Shown: one piece after another, positions 12,638 to 25,369 of the stretch | How the letters are laid out: every line of letters begins with the position of its first letter | Position numbering within the stretch: position 1 is the first letter of the stretch | Assembly (NCBI GenBank): GCA_028534125.1 | Contig: CM052817.1 | Location: 27,096,001-27,160,000, forward strand | Source of the DNA: Lama glama | Taxonomy: Eukaryota | Reading direction: 5' to 3' | DNA: 64,000 nt | Translations under genes and position numbers: made by a program | Notes under the pieces: generated by a model | The model's database searches: none | Told to the model about the DNA's origin: nothing | What the model saw: only the letters and a program-made list of their open reading frames with translations

Positions 12638-13279
12638 TGAAACCAGTCATCCTCTGGTTGACCTCTGGTTAAGTGTAATGCTTCCTTCCAGCACCCCTAA
12701 AGGGCTATTCAGTATAGTCGTGGCCTTAAATTTTTTTGAAACCTACTCACGCAGATAGAATCAGTGGGTGAATTCTCATTGTTCCTCTCTCTTGAAGAAA
12801 GGAAACTCAATTTTCCAAGAAGCGGGGTGTGGTGTCTTCTACCTGGGCAGGCAGAGCAGGTGATAACGCAGTTGTGCGCTGCTCCCTGCCTGGGTTCTTC
12901 CATGTGCAGACAGCAGCCTTCATGTTCTCATGTGCTCCTGTTTTATTCTCAGCAATTCTGAAGGATTAGAGATGATGTTGAGCCATAAAATATCTGCTCT
13001 TAGGACCTGTCTTTATGGCACTGTGTCTCATAAGCAATAGGAGAACCGAAGTGGCCTAGAGCAGCCGGACCTAGCGGGAGAGTTTCTGCAGGGAGGCGTA
13101 GCAGCCTGCTGAATCCCCAAGAGATCCAGCTGTGAACAGAGGCGGGCCAGGGGTTTTAGCTCACCTCCAGTGGGTGCTGTGGGGGGTACAGAAGAGACGA
13201 GTCTCAGCCATTAAGTTGTCAGAAGCACAGTTAATAGTACCGAAATGTGTTAAATACATGGCCTTGTGTGTGATTTAGG

Positions 13280-13460
13280 CCATGGATCAACAAATTTTCT
13301 TAAAAGGCCAGTGGGTAAACCTTTTAGGCTTGGAGGGCCGTATGGTCTTTACCATCGTAGTACAAAAGCAGCCATAGACAAGATGTAAAGCGAGAGATAT
13401 CGCTTCATCCCAATAAAACTTTATTTACGAAAATCGGTGGCAGTAGCTTGCCAACTCCTG
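13280..13460 (+). mobile_element. MER58-like hAT-Charlie MITE in intron 4
   Basis: caaattttct..aaaggcca..ttttaggcttg..gcagccatagaca..ccaataaaactttatttac..ttgccaactcctg. Confidence 0.7.
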
Positions 13461-14612
13461 ATTTAGGCAATGGATGGGGGTGGCTGAGTATTGAATAACT
13501 TCAGCTAACAGTCCATGTAGGGCTTGTAGCAGGTCAAATGCTCTTTAAAACACACACAGACGCACACACACATAAGGGAAGTGTGGCCAAGGCTCTACTT
13601 GTGGTACACTTTTGAAATATAAAAAAAAAAAAAGAGGCTTGTCTGGCCATAAAAATCCTGATCTAGAAGTTGCTTTTCCAAGTATTGATTCGACTGAGTC
13701 ATATTAAAAAATTGTAGCTTGATTCTTTTTATTTCTTCTGTATTGAGTATCATGTTTAGGATACTTGTTCCTAAGTCACAGAGTACTGTAACTCTCGTAA
13801 ACACGGTCATGAGGGTGCCGAAGACTTCATCTGAGTCATAACCCTTCTCGTAAAGTTAAGAGGATTCCTATAACTTCCAGATTTTGAATTTAGGGCTGAA
13901 AGTTCAAATTGAGGCCTATTAAAATGCAAGTTGCTCTTGCCTTAGCTAGGTATTCAGTATCTCCTAGACTCATCCACCCAGAGCAGTGACTAAATGCTGG
14001 TGCCAGCCATCAACCGGGCAGTTGTGTCTAGGCCAGACTGTTAGCTCTTTGCATGTCTATTTAAGATCTTTAGGTTAATGACTGCTGGATAACCATATTA
14101 CTAAGATCGTATTTTCTAGTCTGAAATAAAAAAAATCTTGGTTTGTGAACTGTTACTGGATTAGAATGCTACTATTACATCATGTATGTAGTGAACATTA
14201 ATTGTGCATTGCTAGGTGCTGCTGATAACAGCAGTAGACAAAAGTGCCTGCCTTTATGGCACCAAAAATCTCAAAATATGTGTCACAAGTGGGTAAGTGC
14301 TGTAGCCGAGTTGGTCAGGGATTTGAGAGACGAGGGTACAGCGGGAGGCGAAGGGGTCGGCTGGCAGGAAGCAGATGGGAGGAAGAGCTTGAGCTCTGGA
14401 GCACTGGAGGAACAGAGAGTTCTCTGGCTTGGGTGCAGTGAGAAGGGAGTGGTTGGAAGAAGAGGCCAGGGAAGGACGGACAGCTTATCCACACCCTAGG
14501 AGGCCGTGGTAAAAATTCAGGTCGTCAAACGTCAGATGCGATGGCTTAGGTCAGCAATAAATGTGTATCCATTTGCATCACACCTATACTAATAAATGCT
14601 TTTTTTTTTTAA

Positions 14613-14723
<111 letters not shown>

Positions 14724-14781
14724 TGATTTTTTTTTTCAATAACTCTGGAGGTTTTTGTGCTAATTACGCTCCTTTCTGCAG

Positions 14782-14829
14782 GCTATCCAGGCAGCTCATG
14801 ATGCTGTGGCACAGGAGGGCCAGTGTCGG
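14782..14829 (+). CDS. UCHL1: UCHL1 exon 6 (AIQAAHDAVAQEGQCR)
   Basis: cctttctgcag acceptor after an 82-nt intron, 48 nt, CGG|gtaaat donor. Confidence 0.98.
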
Positions 14830-15552
14830 GTAAATACACGTCAGAGCCAGGCTGACCGTGTGTCACCTGTGTTTCCCCTGAACTGTGTTCAAGAGTCTCT
14901 CATGGAATCCAGCAAATACTTTCACCCAAGGCCGAGTAACGCTAGAAAATTTTGCCAGAATAATTGCCTTGACCAGACCTGGTCGTTAAAATGGCTTATC
15001 AAAATATTTAATTGGTGGTTCACACAGCTTGAGTAAATTCAAGCTGATGGTGTTTTATTTAGATCCAAATGAGTCTAATAGAGTAACATCCCTCTTCATA
15101 ATGGAACATTTCAAGTACTCTCCTCATGGATTGTTGGAGAGTAAGATATACCAGTAAGGACTAACATTTTCTGGACAGCTTAAATGTACCATTAATCTGA
15201 ACAGAGCCTTCACGTCAGCTGTTAGATTTAAGCCGGTGACAGTGCTTATGCAAGTACAGTTGGCTCTGCGGCTTTCTGGTCTCGACCTTGTGTGAGGTTC
15301 TTATGCTCCCTAAGCCTTAATTTCTCCAGTAAAAAGCGAGCCATAGAGTTCTGAGAGTTACAGAATATCTTCCTTCATGGTCTTAGAATAGGGACTATTA
15401 TATAGGAAACAAATATTAGCAATGATTTAAAAAACAGGCAAGTCACTTCAAGCATATTCCATTTAGAGAATTTATTTTTAACAAATTAAGTTCTGCTTAT
15501 AAAAAAGATACTGCAAAATATGTGTATCGAACCAGCAGGTTGTAGACCTTAA

Positions 15553-15756
<204 letters not shown>

Positions 15757-16425
15757 TAATATAGCTGCATGCATTCTCTTAGACATAATTCCTCTTACAG
15801 TATTGGTGTGTGACTTTATGGTGGCGCTTAGTAGGTCTTTGTTTATAAAGCCAGAACACCAGTGTATTCTCGTGGGGCCGCTAACCCCTTATCGTACCTG
15901 GAGCACCTCCCTCAGGCAGCTGACCTGTGGAATGAATAATCTTAGTCACAAACCAGTAAAGAGAATTGATCAGCAAGTTCAAGGTGTACGTGTTCAGGTT
16001 TTCTCTTTCCACCTTCTGCTGTAGCATCACCAGTACAGGGTTTCTGCCATCATCCTTTTCAGACAAGGAGTACTTTGGGGAAAAGATAAATGCCTGAACA
16101 TGACCTGGCTGTGTAAAAAGAATTTGGACGTGTTGGAGTAATTTCTATTAGCTGGTGTGTGGCAACAAGAAGGATCATCCATCTTTGTATTAAGAAGAAT
16201 CATCTGCTTTGTATTAATGGAGAAAGGCAGCTGTGTTGTCTCAAGGAAAGATATTACCTATGGGCAAGTGAGGGCAAAGAAAACTTGGGGCCAGTTAGCA
16301 GTCATTGAGGGGCAAATGAAATCTCAAGGATCCCTTTTCCTTGCCTCCACCTTCCCTGTACGTCAGACACTGCATCTGACTTTTGCTCTGTGGTCTTTCC
16401 CAAGATGGGCACCAGCCCTTCTATT

Positions 16426-16925
16426 NNNNNNNNNNNNNNNNNNNNNNNNNNNNNNNNNNNNNNNNNNNNNNNNNNNNNNNNNNNNNNNNNNNNNNNNNNN
16501 NNNNNNNNNNNNNNNNNNNNNNNNNNNNNNNNNNNNNNNNNNNNNNNNNNNNNNNNNNNNNNNNNNNNNNNNNNNNNNNNNNNNNNNNNNNNNNNNNNNN
16601 NNNNNNNNNNNNNNNNNNNNNNNNNNNNNNNNNNNNNNNNNNNNNNNNNNNNNNNNNNNNNNNNNNNNNNNNNNNNNNNNNNNNNNNNNNNNNNNNNNNN
16701 NNNNNNNNNNNNNNNNNNNNNNNNNNNNNNNNNNNNNNNNNNNNNNNNNNNNNNNNNNNNNNNNNNNNNNNNNNNNNNNNNNNNNNNNNNNNNNNNNNNN
16801 NNNNNNNNNNNNNNNNNNNNNNNNNNNNNNNNNNNNNNNNNNNNNNNNNNNNNNNNNNNNNNNNNNNNNNNNNNNNNNNNNNNNNNNNNNNNNNNNNNNN
16901 NNNNNNNNNNNNNNNNNNNNNNNNN
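16426..16925. other. Assembly gap (500 N), probably hiding UCHL1 exons 8-9
   Basis: N run of round length; no DGRMPFP or DAAKVCREF...CKAA coding sequence seen elsewhere in the window. Confidence 0.9.
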
Positions 16926-17084
16926 TAGTAATTATATATATCTTCTACATAAGAACTCACACAGCACAGGTAAGAAAATTACCATTAAAATATCAGTTAA
17001 CTATGTCTCTAGACTTTTTCCTATATGTTTGTTACTGTGCATAACTGTAGATGGTTTAAAAAATTAAACAGACAATTTTTGGAA

Positions 17085-18010
17085 TAATTTATTTTTATTG
17101 AAATATAGTTGACAATACAATGTTAGTTTCAGATGGACAACAGTGATTTGACGTTTAAATATGTTATGAAATGATACAATAAGCCTAGTAACCATCTGTC
17201 CCTTTAGTTATTACAGTATTGTTGACCATATTCCTTACGCTGTAAGAATAATTTTAGATATACAGAAAAATTAAGAAGATACTATAGAGTTCCCATATAC
17301 CCCCCATCCATTTCCCCGGTAGCATCTTGCATTAGTATGATAACATTTGTTACAACTGATAATACTATTGACTGAAGTCCAATCCTTATTCAGATTTCCT
17401 TGGTTTTCACTTAATGTCTTTTTCCTTTTGTGGGGTCCCATCCAGGATACACCTTAGGCTCCTCTTGGCTAAGACAGTTTCTGAGACTTTTGATAACTTT
17501 GACAGTTTCAAGGAGTACTGATCCAGTATTTTGTAGGATGCCCCTTTCTTGGGATTTGCCTAATGTTTTTCTCATAAGTAGATCAGGGTTATGAGTTGTG
17601 AGGGGAGGAAGATCACAGTGGTAAGGTGCTAGTCTCATCTCATCACATCAAGGGTACATGCTCTCCACAAGCCTTATCATGGTTAATGCTAACCTTGGTC
17701 ACCTGGCTAGGTCGTGTTAGGTTTCTCCACAGTAACGTTACTTCCCCCCCGCCCACCCCCTACCATACTGGAAGGAAGTCCATGCGTAGCCAATCCTATA
17801 GGAGTAGGGAGTTGAATTACATTCCATCCTGAAGGTGGAGTATCTATATAAATTATTTGGAATTCTTTTGAAAGGCAGATATTTGTCTCTTATCCTCTAT
17901 TTAATCATTTATATCAGTATGAACTCATGGATATTTTATACTCTGAGTTACGATCCAGTACTACATTTTGTTACTGAAATTGTTCCAGCTTTGGCCCTTG
18001 AGAGCTATTT
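17085..18010 (-). mobile_element. L1 3'-end fragments (a young short fragment followed by older L1MC/MD-like sequence)
   Basis: tttttattgaaatatagttgac..; agagttcccatatacccc..catttgttacaact..ccatccaggatacacc. Confidence 0.7.
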
Positions 18011-18294
18011 CAGTTGGTTCCTGTGTCCCTTTGACATACCCCAACCAATGTGGGGTTTTGCTTTTTTCTTCCTCCAGGATTTCTTTGCAGAATTAAAAAA
18101 AGTCATTTGTTAAACCTTACTATTTTATAGATAAGGATACACTAATATGTAATGCAAAGGCTTGCATTTGTTCTCAACAATTGATACTTGAACAGGTCTA
18201 ATTGCTTAGAGTTGAAGCCAAGGAGGTGCAATTTCAGTTCTAACTTGGTGTGTGACTGCCATACAGTCACCTAGGAGATTGCCTTAGGGGAAAG

Positions 18295-19240
18295 TGATAT
18301 GTGATATCATATAGTATTTGTCATTCTCTATCTTATTTCACTTAGCATAATGCCCTCCAAGTCCGTCCATGTTGCTGCCAATGACAAAACTGCAGTGTTA
18401 TCACTGAGTAGTATTCCATTGTATGTATATGCCACAACTTCTTCATCCATTCAACTGCTGATGATCAGTTAGGTTGCTTCCATATCTTGGCAGTTGTAAA
18501 TAATGCTGCTGTGAACATTGAGGTGCATGTATCTTTTTGAATTAGTTTTTTTTTTTTTTTTGGCTATATACCCAGGAGTAGAATTGCTGGGTCAAATGGT
18601 AGTTCTATTTTTAGTTTTTTGAGAAATCTGCATACTGCTTTTCACAGTGGCTGCAACAATTTACATTCCCACCAACGGTGTACGAGGGTTCCCTTTTCTC
18701 CACATCCTCGCCAACATTTGTTTTTGGTGTTCTTTTTGATAATGGCCATTCCAACAGGTGTGAGGTGATAGTTCACTGTGGTTTTGATTTGCATTTCTCT
18801 GATAATTAGCGATGTTGAGCATCTTTTCTTTTGCTTGTTGGCCATCAGCATGTCCCCTTGGGAAAAATGTCTATTCAGTTCTGCCCATTTTTTAATTGGG
18901 TTGTTTTTTTGATGTTGAGTTGTATGAGCTGTTTGTATACGTTGGATATTAATCCTTTATCAGTTATATCATTTGCAAATATTTTCTGCCATTCAGAAGG
19001 CTTTTTTATTTTGTTGATGTTTTCCTTTGCTGTGCTAAAGCGTTTAGGTTTAATTAGGTCTCATTTCTTTATTTTTGGTTTTATTTTCTTTGCTTAAGGA
19101 GATGGAGCCAAAAAATTGCTGTGATTTTTGTCAAAGAGTGTTCTTGTGTTTTTCTCTAGCAGTTTTATAGTATCTGGCCTTACACTTAGGTCTTTAATCC
19201 ATTTTGAGTTAATTTTTGTACATGGTGTTAGAGAATGTGA
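18295..19240 (-). mobile_element. L1 fragment, ORF2 C-terminus and 3'UTR
   Basis: Minus-strand peptides [38 protein letters not shown] and [15 protein letters not shown] are L1 ORF2 motifs; frame-disrupted. Confidence 0.92.
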
Positions 19241-22200
19241 TAGAGATGTCTGTGTAGTGCTTTCAACAGGCAAAGCCACCCGATGCTAAGTATCCCTCCT
19301 TTTTAACTAACACCCAAAATGTCCAATTGAGGAATATTTAAGTTACACATCTATTCAGTATCATACAGTCTGTCTTAAAGACCCAAGAACATGAAAAAAA
19401 TGTTCATGCATGAAACTAGTGAAAGAGTTTTGTAAACTGTGTGCATATGTGTTTAGAAAAGACAGGACCATAATAGCTAAATGTTTACTATATTCTAAGT
19501 TAAACTTAGTCATCATGTGAGATTGGTATTATCCCCATTTTGCAGATAGAAAACTAAGGCACAGGGAAGCTTAAGCAACTTGCCCAAGGTTACCGGGCTA
19601 ATAAAGGATGTTGTGGACATCAAACCCAAGCGGAGTGGCTCTGAGAGCCCACAATATTAATGATCATTGCTGGGCAGAGGTGGACCTAACTTTAGGTGAA
19701 TGATAGTTAAGCTTTAGGACCCCACACTTGAATGACCCCTTGCAATATCCTGGCTTGTGTGTCCCTGTGAAATTCACAATTTCTTAACCTGGGTCTGCTT
19801 CTGTTTCTGCGTGTTGAGATTATGGGTGATTTAACTTTATACCTTCATCTTCCAAGCTTTCTAAAATTGCATATTACTTTTTTTAAAAAAAAACTTAAGT
19901 TTTTCTCTGGAACTGTTGTGAATGAATTAACTGAATGAATTCTGTAATGAGGTGCTGCTGGTTAATTTAGCATACCTCCCAAGTTTCTTCAATTTATAAC
20001 TGAAGTCAGTGCAACTTACTTAGTCTTCTGTCTTCTAGGGGCTTCATTACAAAGCTACGTTAGAACTTTAAATAATCATCTTTCGGTTCTCCAAAGCCTC
20101 CACTTACTTGAAACATGTTCAGTTTCTTCCACGCCCTGCCCTGGTAAATAATGACTTGACATCCTGGCCTGGGAGTTGCTTTCTGTGTCCTTTGAATGAT
20201 GTGATGTTATTAACTATTTGTGTTATAGCAGTGAGCTGTTCACCTGTTTGATTCTTGACCCAGCTTGGCATCCACTAAGGAACAAGGTGCTGCTTGGTGG
20301 AGCAGTGAACTGTGGGCTGCTGTGGATGCTGGTGTGGTCGGGCAGTCTGGTGCAATCGTATAGAATGGGGCCGACAGGACCGCTCCCAGGACTGTGAGCT
20401 GAATTAAGCCACATAGAGCTCAGCACATCGTGAGCACACTTTCGAGCATTTCTATTAATGTGACGTAAACCATTATAGGAGCTGAATGTATGTATTTGAA
20501 TATTTATGAACAAAGGAGAAAGAAGCAGAGAAATCTCAGCAAATGAAGTAGTTAAGTTCTCTGTTAGTGTGAAATACCTGGATTTGGACAATTTAAACCA
20601 CTTGATAGTTTCCTTCATGTTAATATCCTTAACCTGATTCAAAATCAGATTTTATAATTGTCTTCCTACTCTTCGGAATCAGACGCTTTCCATAGTGTTA
20701 ACCGTTCTTTAAAAATAGGCTTTTAATTTTTAAAAAATCTTACCTTAGTATATTTGTCACAATGAATGAATTAACGTTGATACTTTATTATTAATTTAAA
20801 TTCCTACTGTGTTTCTTTAGTTTTCACCAAATGTCCTTTCTTGTTCCAGAATCCCGTCTAGGATACCATATGGCATATAGTTGTCATGTCTCCCTAGGCT
20901 CTTCCTGGCCGTGTTTTACTGAACTAAAACCAATGATGCTGACTTAGGGTGCTGCTTTGGCTCTTGTCAATTCCTCTCGTCCATGGTCTCCTGGGGCTGC
21001 GCCAGGCAGCATAGCTTTGTGGTTGAGAGCTGAGGTTTGTGCCATCAGCTCCACCCCGTACCAGATGGGTGCCTTGGCCGTCTTAACTCTTCCAAAGCCC
21101 CGATTTCTTCATCTGTAAAGTGGGTTCAGTATCTGCCTCATAGGGTTGTGAAAGCACAGGAGAATACATGTGGAGTCCTTGGGGTGTGCTAAACACAGTA
21201 AATGCTATAGCTTTCATTTTTGACACCACCTATCTTCTCTGCATCCATCTCTCCTTTTAAATATCCAGTGTTTGGGCATTAAGTCCAATATGAATGGCAC
21301 CTGAATTCCCTATTTTACATTCAAACACCCTGAACAGTAGGAAGACAAAAGCTTTATTTAAAACTATACTTACTGTTTCCAGTAGGTGGCAGCAAAGGAA
21401 AACTTCTGGCAACTTCAGAGCTCAGTAGGTTTGAACAAAAGTTGAGCCAGGAGAGAGAAACCAGTAGCTTTTGGTGACTAGCTCTTCTGGGCAAGATGGA
21501 GAAGTGTGACACAGCCTGGGCCTTCATTTTGGCCCATTGTTTTGGACTGGACTAACCAGTCCTGGTATAGATTGGCTAAAGCAGCCTGACTTGCTTTTTG
21601 GGCTATCCATAGTTTTGCTCAGGTTCTGTGTATTTTGTCATAAAAATAAATAGAAATAAGCAGTATTAATTTCAAATCACAGATTCATCAAGTAAATGCT
21701 TTCTCTGCTGATGTTGAATTAGATATTATCCCAAATACAAATGATTTGATAATTCTAGAATCAATTCTACATCTAGTAGAACCTGGCTTTCAACATCTTA
21801 GCATTCGATACTAGTGGAATTAATGGTATGATCCTGACTCGTTAGAGCTTTACGAAAATATTTTTCTCTTCAGTTAAATAATAGTAACTTTCTTTTCAAG
21901 TAGTTCTATATAGATGGATTTGACCTTTCTATTCAGAGAACTGGGTCTGGACCAGCATTGACACTAAGTAGTTGAGTGATATTAACTAACTCCCTTTTCC
22001 TTTCCTGGCCTCAGTTTTCCTCATTTTTAAAATAAAATAATTAAACAGACTCAGAGCTCACAGACGTGCCTTCATCCTGTGAGTTTCTATACCACAGGCC
22101 CCACCATTCGCCAGCCCGGCTTCAGGAGGTGCACACTGCAGACCTCTGGCCCTCAGCTCTTCAGACCCATGGCCCCTTTACTATCCTAAATGAGAGCTCA

Positions 22201-22789
22201 TAACTAATAGAAGAAATCAATTTAAAGAATGTTTCCACATGTACATGATCAGGCGTTACCACGTGAGAAGATGTAAAGGGAGGTGAGGCTCGTACTTAGA
22301 CAGCAAATCATGAAGACAGAGGTGGCAACGTGGCAGATGGAAGCCGGGGCGGCACATGGACAGTTCAGATGCCATGAGCAGCCTTGGTGTCTGTCATGCG
22401 ATTTTCCCTTTTCCCCAGATGGTGAAAATCTTGGTAAAGTCCCAAACAAAATAATTACATTCTTCCCTTGACTTACCCATTAATTGTACTTATGGAAACT
22501 TCAGTGCAAACACTATGCAAAAAAATAGGTTCAGACAATTGTACCCAGATTTTGCACTGACATGAATGCCTAGAGCTGTGTTTGAAAGCTGTGTAACTAG
22601 CAGCACAATTTTCATCACTTGAGGCTGTCTTCTCACAACCTGGCTCCGGACAGTGCGTGCCAGTGGAACCTACCCCCCATCGTTACCACAACAAAATATT
22701 TGCCAACAAATTTCCAGAACATCCATTAGGGCTTGGTACCACCGCCCCTGAGGATCACTTAGTCACACTGGAGAATCTTTCCTAAGTAA

Positions 22790-23325
22790 CTTGTTGCAGG
22801 CAGAATTTCAGAATGGCCTCTGAGAGTCCCAGCCCATTGTGTGTAAACACCTCCCCTCCCCCCCCGCACTTGATCAAACACTAATCTGGATGCTGCTCTG
22901 AAGGGAGTTTGCAGATGTGATTAAGGTCCCAAATAAACTGGCATTAAAATAGATTATCTTCAGTTAGCCTGACCTAGCACTTAGAAAGGAGCAGGCTTTT
23001 CTTGGCAAAAGAATGTGGGCCACCTCTAGGAGGTGAGAGTGGACCCCACTGACAGCAGGAAAATGAGAATCTAAGTTCTAGAGCCTTGAGGAGCTGAATT
23101 TGGCCAACGACCTGAATGCACCTGGAAGCAGAATCTTCCGCAGAGCCTCCAGGAAGAATCACAGCCAGCACCGTGATCCAACCTAGCAAGACCCCCTGTG
23201 AGACAGGCCGGTCAGGCCATGCTGGGCTTCTGACCTACAGCACCACGCGCGCTAAGAAATCAGTACTGATTGCAGCCTCTAAGTTTGTGGTATTTTATTA
23301 TGCAGCAGAAGGAAACACAGACAAT
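22790..23325 (+). mobile_element. MLT1-type MaLR solo LTR
   Basis: tgcaggcagaattt..tttgcagatgtgattaaggtccc..gcttctgacctacag..aagtttgtggta..tatgcagca. Confidence 0.8.
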
Positions 23326-24051
23326 TTAATAAGGCAACATGACATGTGAGTCACTGGATTTCCTTGATGGCCCTCTCTAAACCATCCCTTCACTGCCCCC
23401 ACCACCCACCCCACATCTCTGAGGATGAGGTTGTGAAGAATACGCTGACATTCCAGGAACTGACAGCCCTCCCTTAGATTCCATGTCCTCCCTGGGGATG
23501 GGGGGTGAGGTCCCTCAGCTCCTGGCCCAGCTGGAAGCCCAAGTTTGCCTCAGGGACACATTCATAAGTCTGCCATGCTTGTCACCAGGAGGCACCTGCT
23601 TGATGAAACTAACAGCAAAGGTGACGTGTAGCCTTAATCACTTACTGCAATCTGACGTCACGTCTCACTGCTACAGAAGGTCACAGCAATCCAAATTGGA
23701 CGTGTAGAATAAAAAAAAAATAATGTCCTTAAGATGTATGGTACTGAAAATCCCTATTTTGTGTGCAGTGGAGTATTCCAGGCCTTCAAGTACCACCTGC
23801 GTCTGCTTCTCTCTGGGGCTAGTCTTTCTGTGGCTCCTTCTGTCACTCCTCCCCCGCATCCTGCTCATTTGGAATGGAGTTGGAAATGCCACCAACAGAG
23901 CCACTTCACTCATTCTGGAAGTTTCCCCTTTTTATTCCTTTTGAAAACATGGAAACCACCTTTGAGGGCTTTGCAATAATTATTATTTTAACATTTAAAA
24001 CCCATAAAATCTTTGAAATTAAGAATAACAGTTGGCTCAGAGACAAGACCT

Positions 24052-24080
24052 AGTTTGTTTGTTTGTTTGTTTGTTTGTTT
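24052..24080. repeat. (GTTT)n microsatellite
   Basis: About 7 tandem units. Confidence 0.9.
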
Positions 24081-24259
24081 ACCTCTGCACCTTTATTTGC
24101 TTCTGTGGGATGCTGTGGGCCCAGGTCCTTTCTTTAAAGATACATGCTGACAGTAGAGGTCATAAGTTCCTTATTATTTGTGCAAAGTCGACTCACTTCA
24201 TGAATTTTCTGTGGAGGTCTCTTCTGATAGTCTTGAGTCATCACAAAAGTGGCCCTCAA

Positions 24260-24430
24260 ATATATATATATATATTTCTCTCTCCCTCCCTCCTTCTCTT
24301 TCTTTTTCTTTCTTTCTTCCTTTCTTTTTCTTTCTTTCTTTTTCTTTCTCTTTCTCTTTCTTTCTTTCTTTCTTTTCTTTCTCTTTCTTTCTTTCCTTCT
24401 CTTTCTTTCTTTTTCTTTCTTTCTTTCCTC
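24260..24430. repeat. (TA)n followed by a degenerate (TTTC)n polypyrimidine tract
   Basis: ~150 nt of almost pure C/T. Confidence 0.9.
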
Positions 24431-24539
24431 CTTATGCTATGCCCTTTATTTTTCAAACTTTTAAAATCACAGCATGCATTTTATATGAATTTTCTTCCTA
24501 ATCTTTCCCTCTGATTACATTTATTCCCAACTTCCTTAA

Positions 24540-25070
24540 CGACTTTATTAAAGTGTAGTTTATGTACCATACAATTCACCCACTGTAAGTATGCAATTCT
24601 ATTATTTTAGTAAATGGAGTTGTAAAATCGTGCACACAAATCCAGGTTTAGAACATTTCCTTCATCCCCCAAAGTTTCTTATGTCTGTTTACAGTTAATC
24701 CCCGCTCCTACACCAGCCCCAGGTAACAACTGAGCTGCTTTTTGTCTCTGCAAATGTGCTCTTTCTGGACATTTCTTACAAACAGAAGCATACAAATATA
24801 GTTGTATTTGGCTTCTTTCAGTTAGCATAAATTCCTTCATATTGTAGAATGTAACAATCATTCTGCCCTTTTTATTGCCGAATAATATTCCATGGTATGA
24901 AAATACCTCATCTTGTTTATCTGTTCATCAGTTGATAGACATTGGGGTTGTTTGTGGTTTGGGACTATCATGAAGAATGCTGCTCTGAGCAGCCATACAC
25001 ATGTGCTTATGTGGTTGTGTTTTCATTTCTTGGGGGTGGGCTCCCAGAGTGGAATTGCTGGGGCACACCA
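24540..25070 (-). mobile_element. L1MB-like 3' fragment
   Basis: aattcacccactgtaag..tagaacatttcc..ttctggacatttc..gttgatagacattgggg..ggaattgctggg. Confidence 0.8.
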
Positions 25071-25369
25071 TACATTTAAAGTGTACAGATGGCCTCCAAC
25101 ACCGGGTAACAGTCCTTCTCAACAAGTACATACTACTCAGAAAGTATGGTAGGAAATCAACTTTGTAATATGTATCAAAAGGCTTATAAATATGTAACAT
25201 CTGATTAGGTAACTCAAATTCTTAGAAATAATCAAAGGTCCATGTGAAGATTTTTGTAGTTCAGGTATTGTTCTGAACAATCTAGTTAAAAAGAGAAATG
25301 ATGTAACTAACAGTAAGGGAAAGACTTCACAAAGAGCTGTATAACCCCAAGTAGACAAAAATCTCTGGG

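Noticed and set aside
16157..17067. ORFs of 180-295 aa
   Set aside because: Artefacts of translating through Ns
24032..24514. F/L/S-rich membrane-protein-like ORFs (also 38055-38276 and K/R-rich reverse frames)
   Set aside because: Translations of simple repeats
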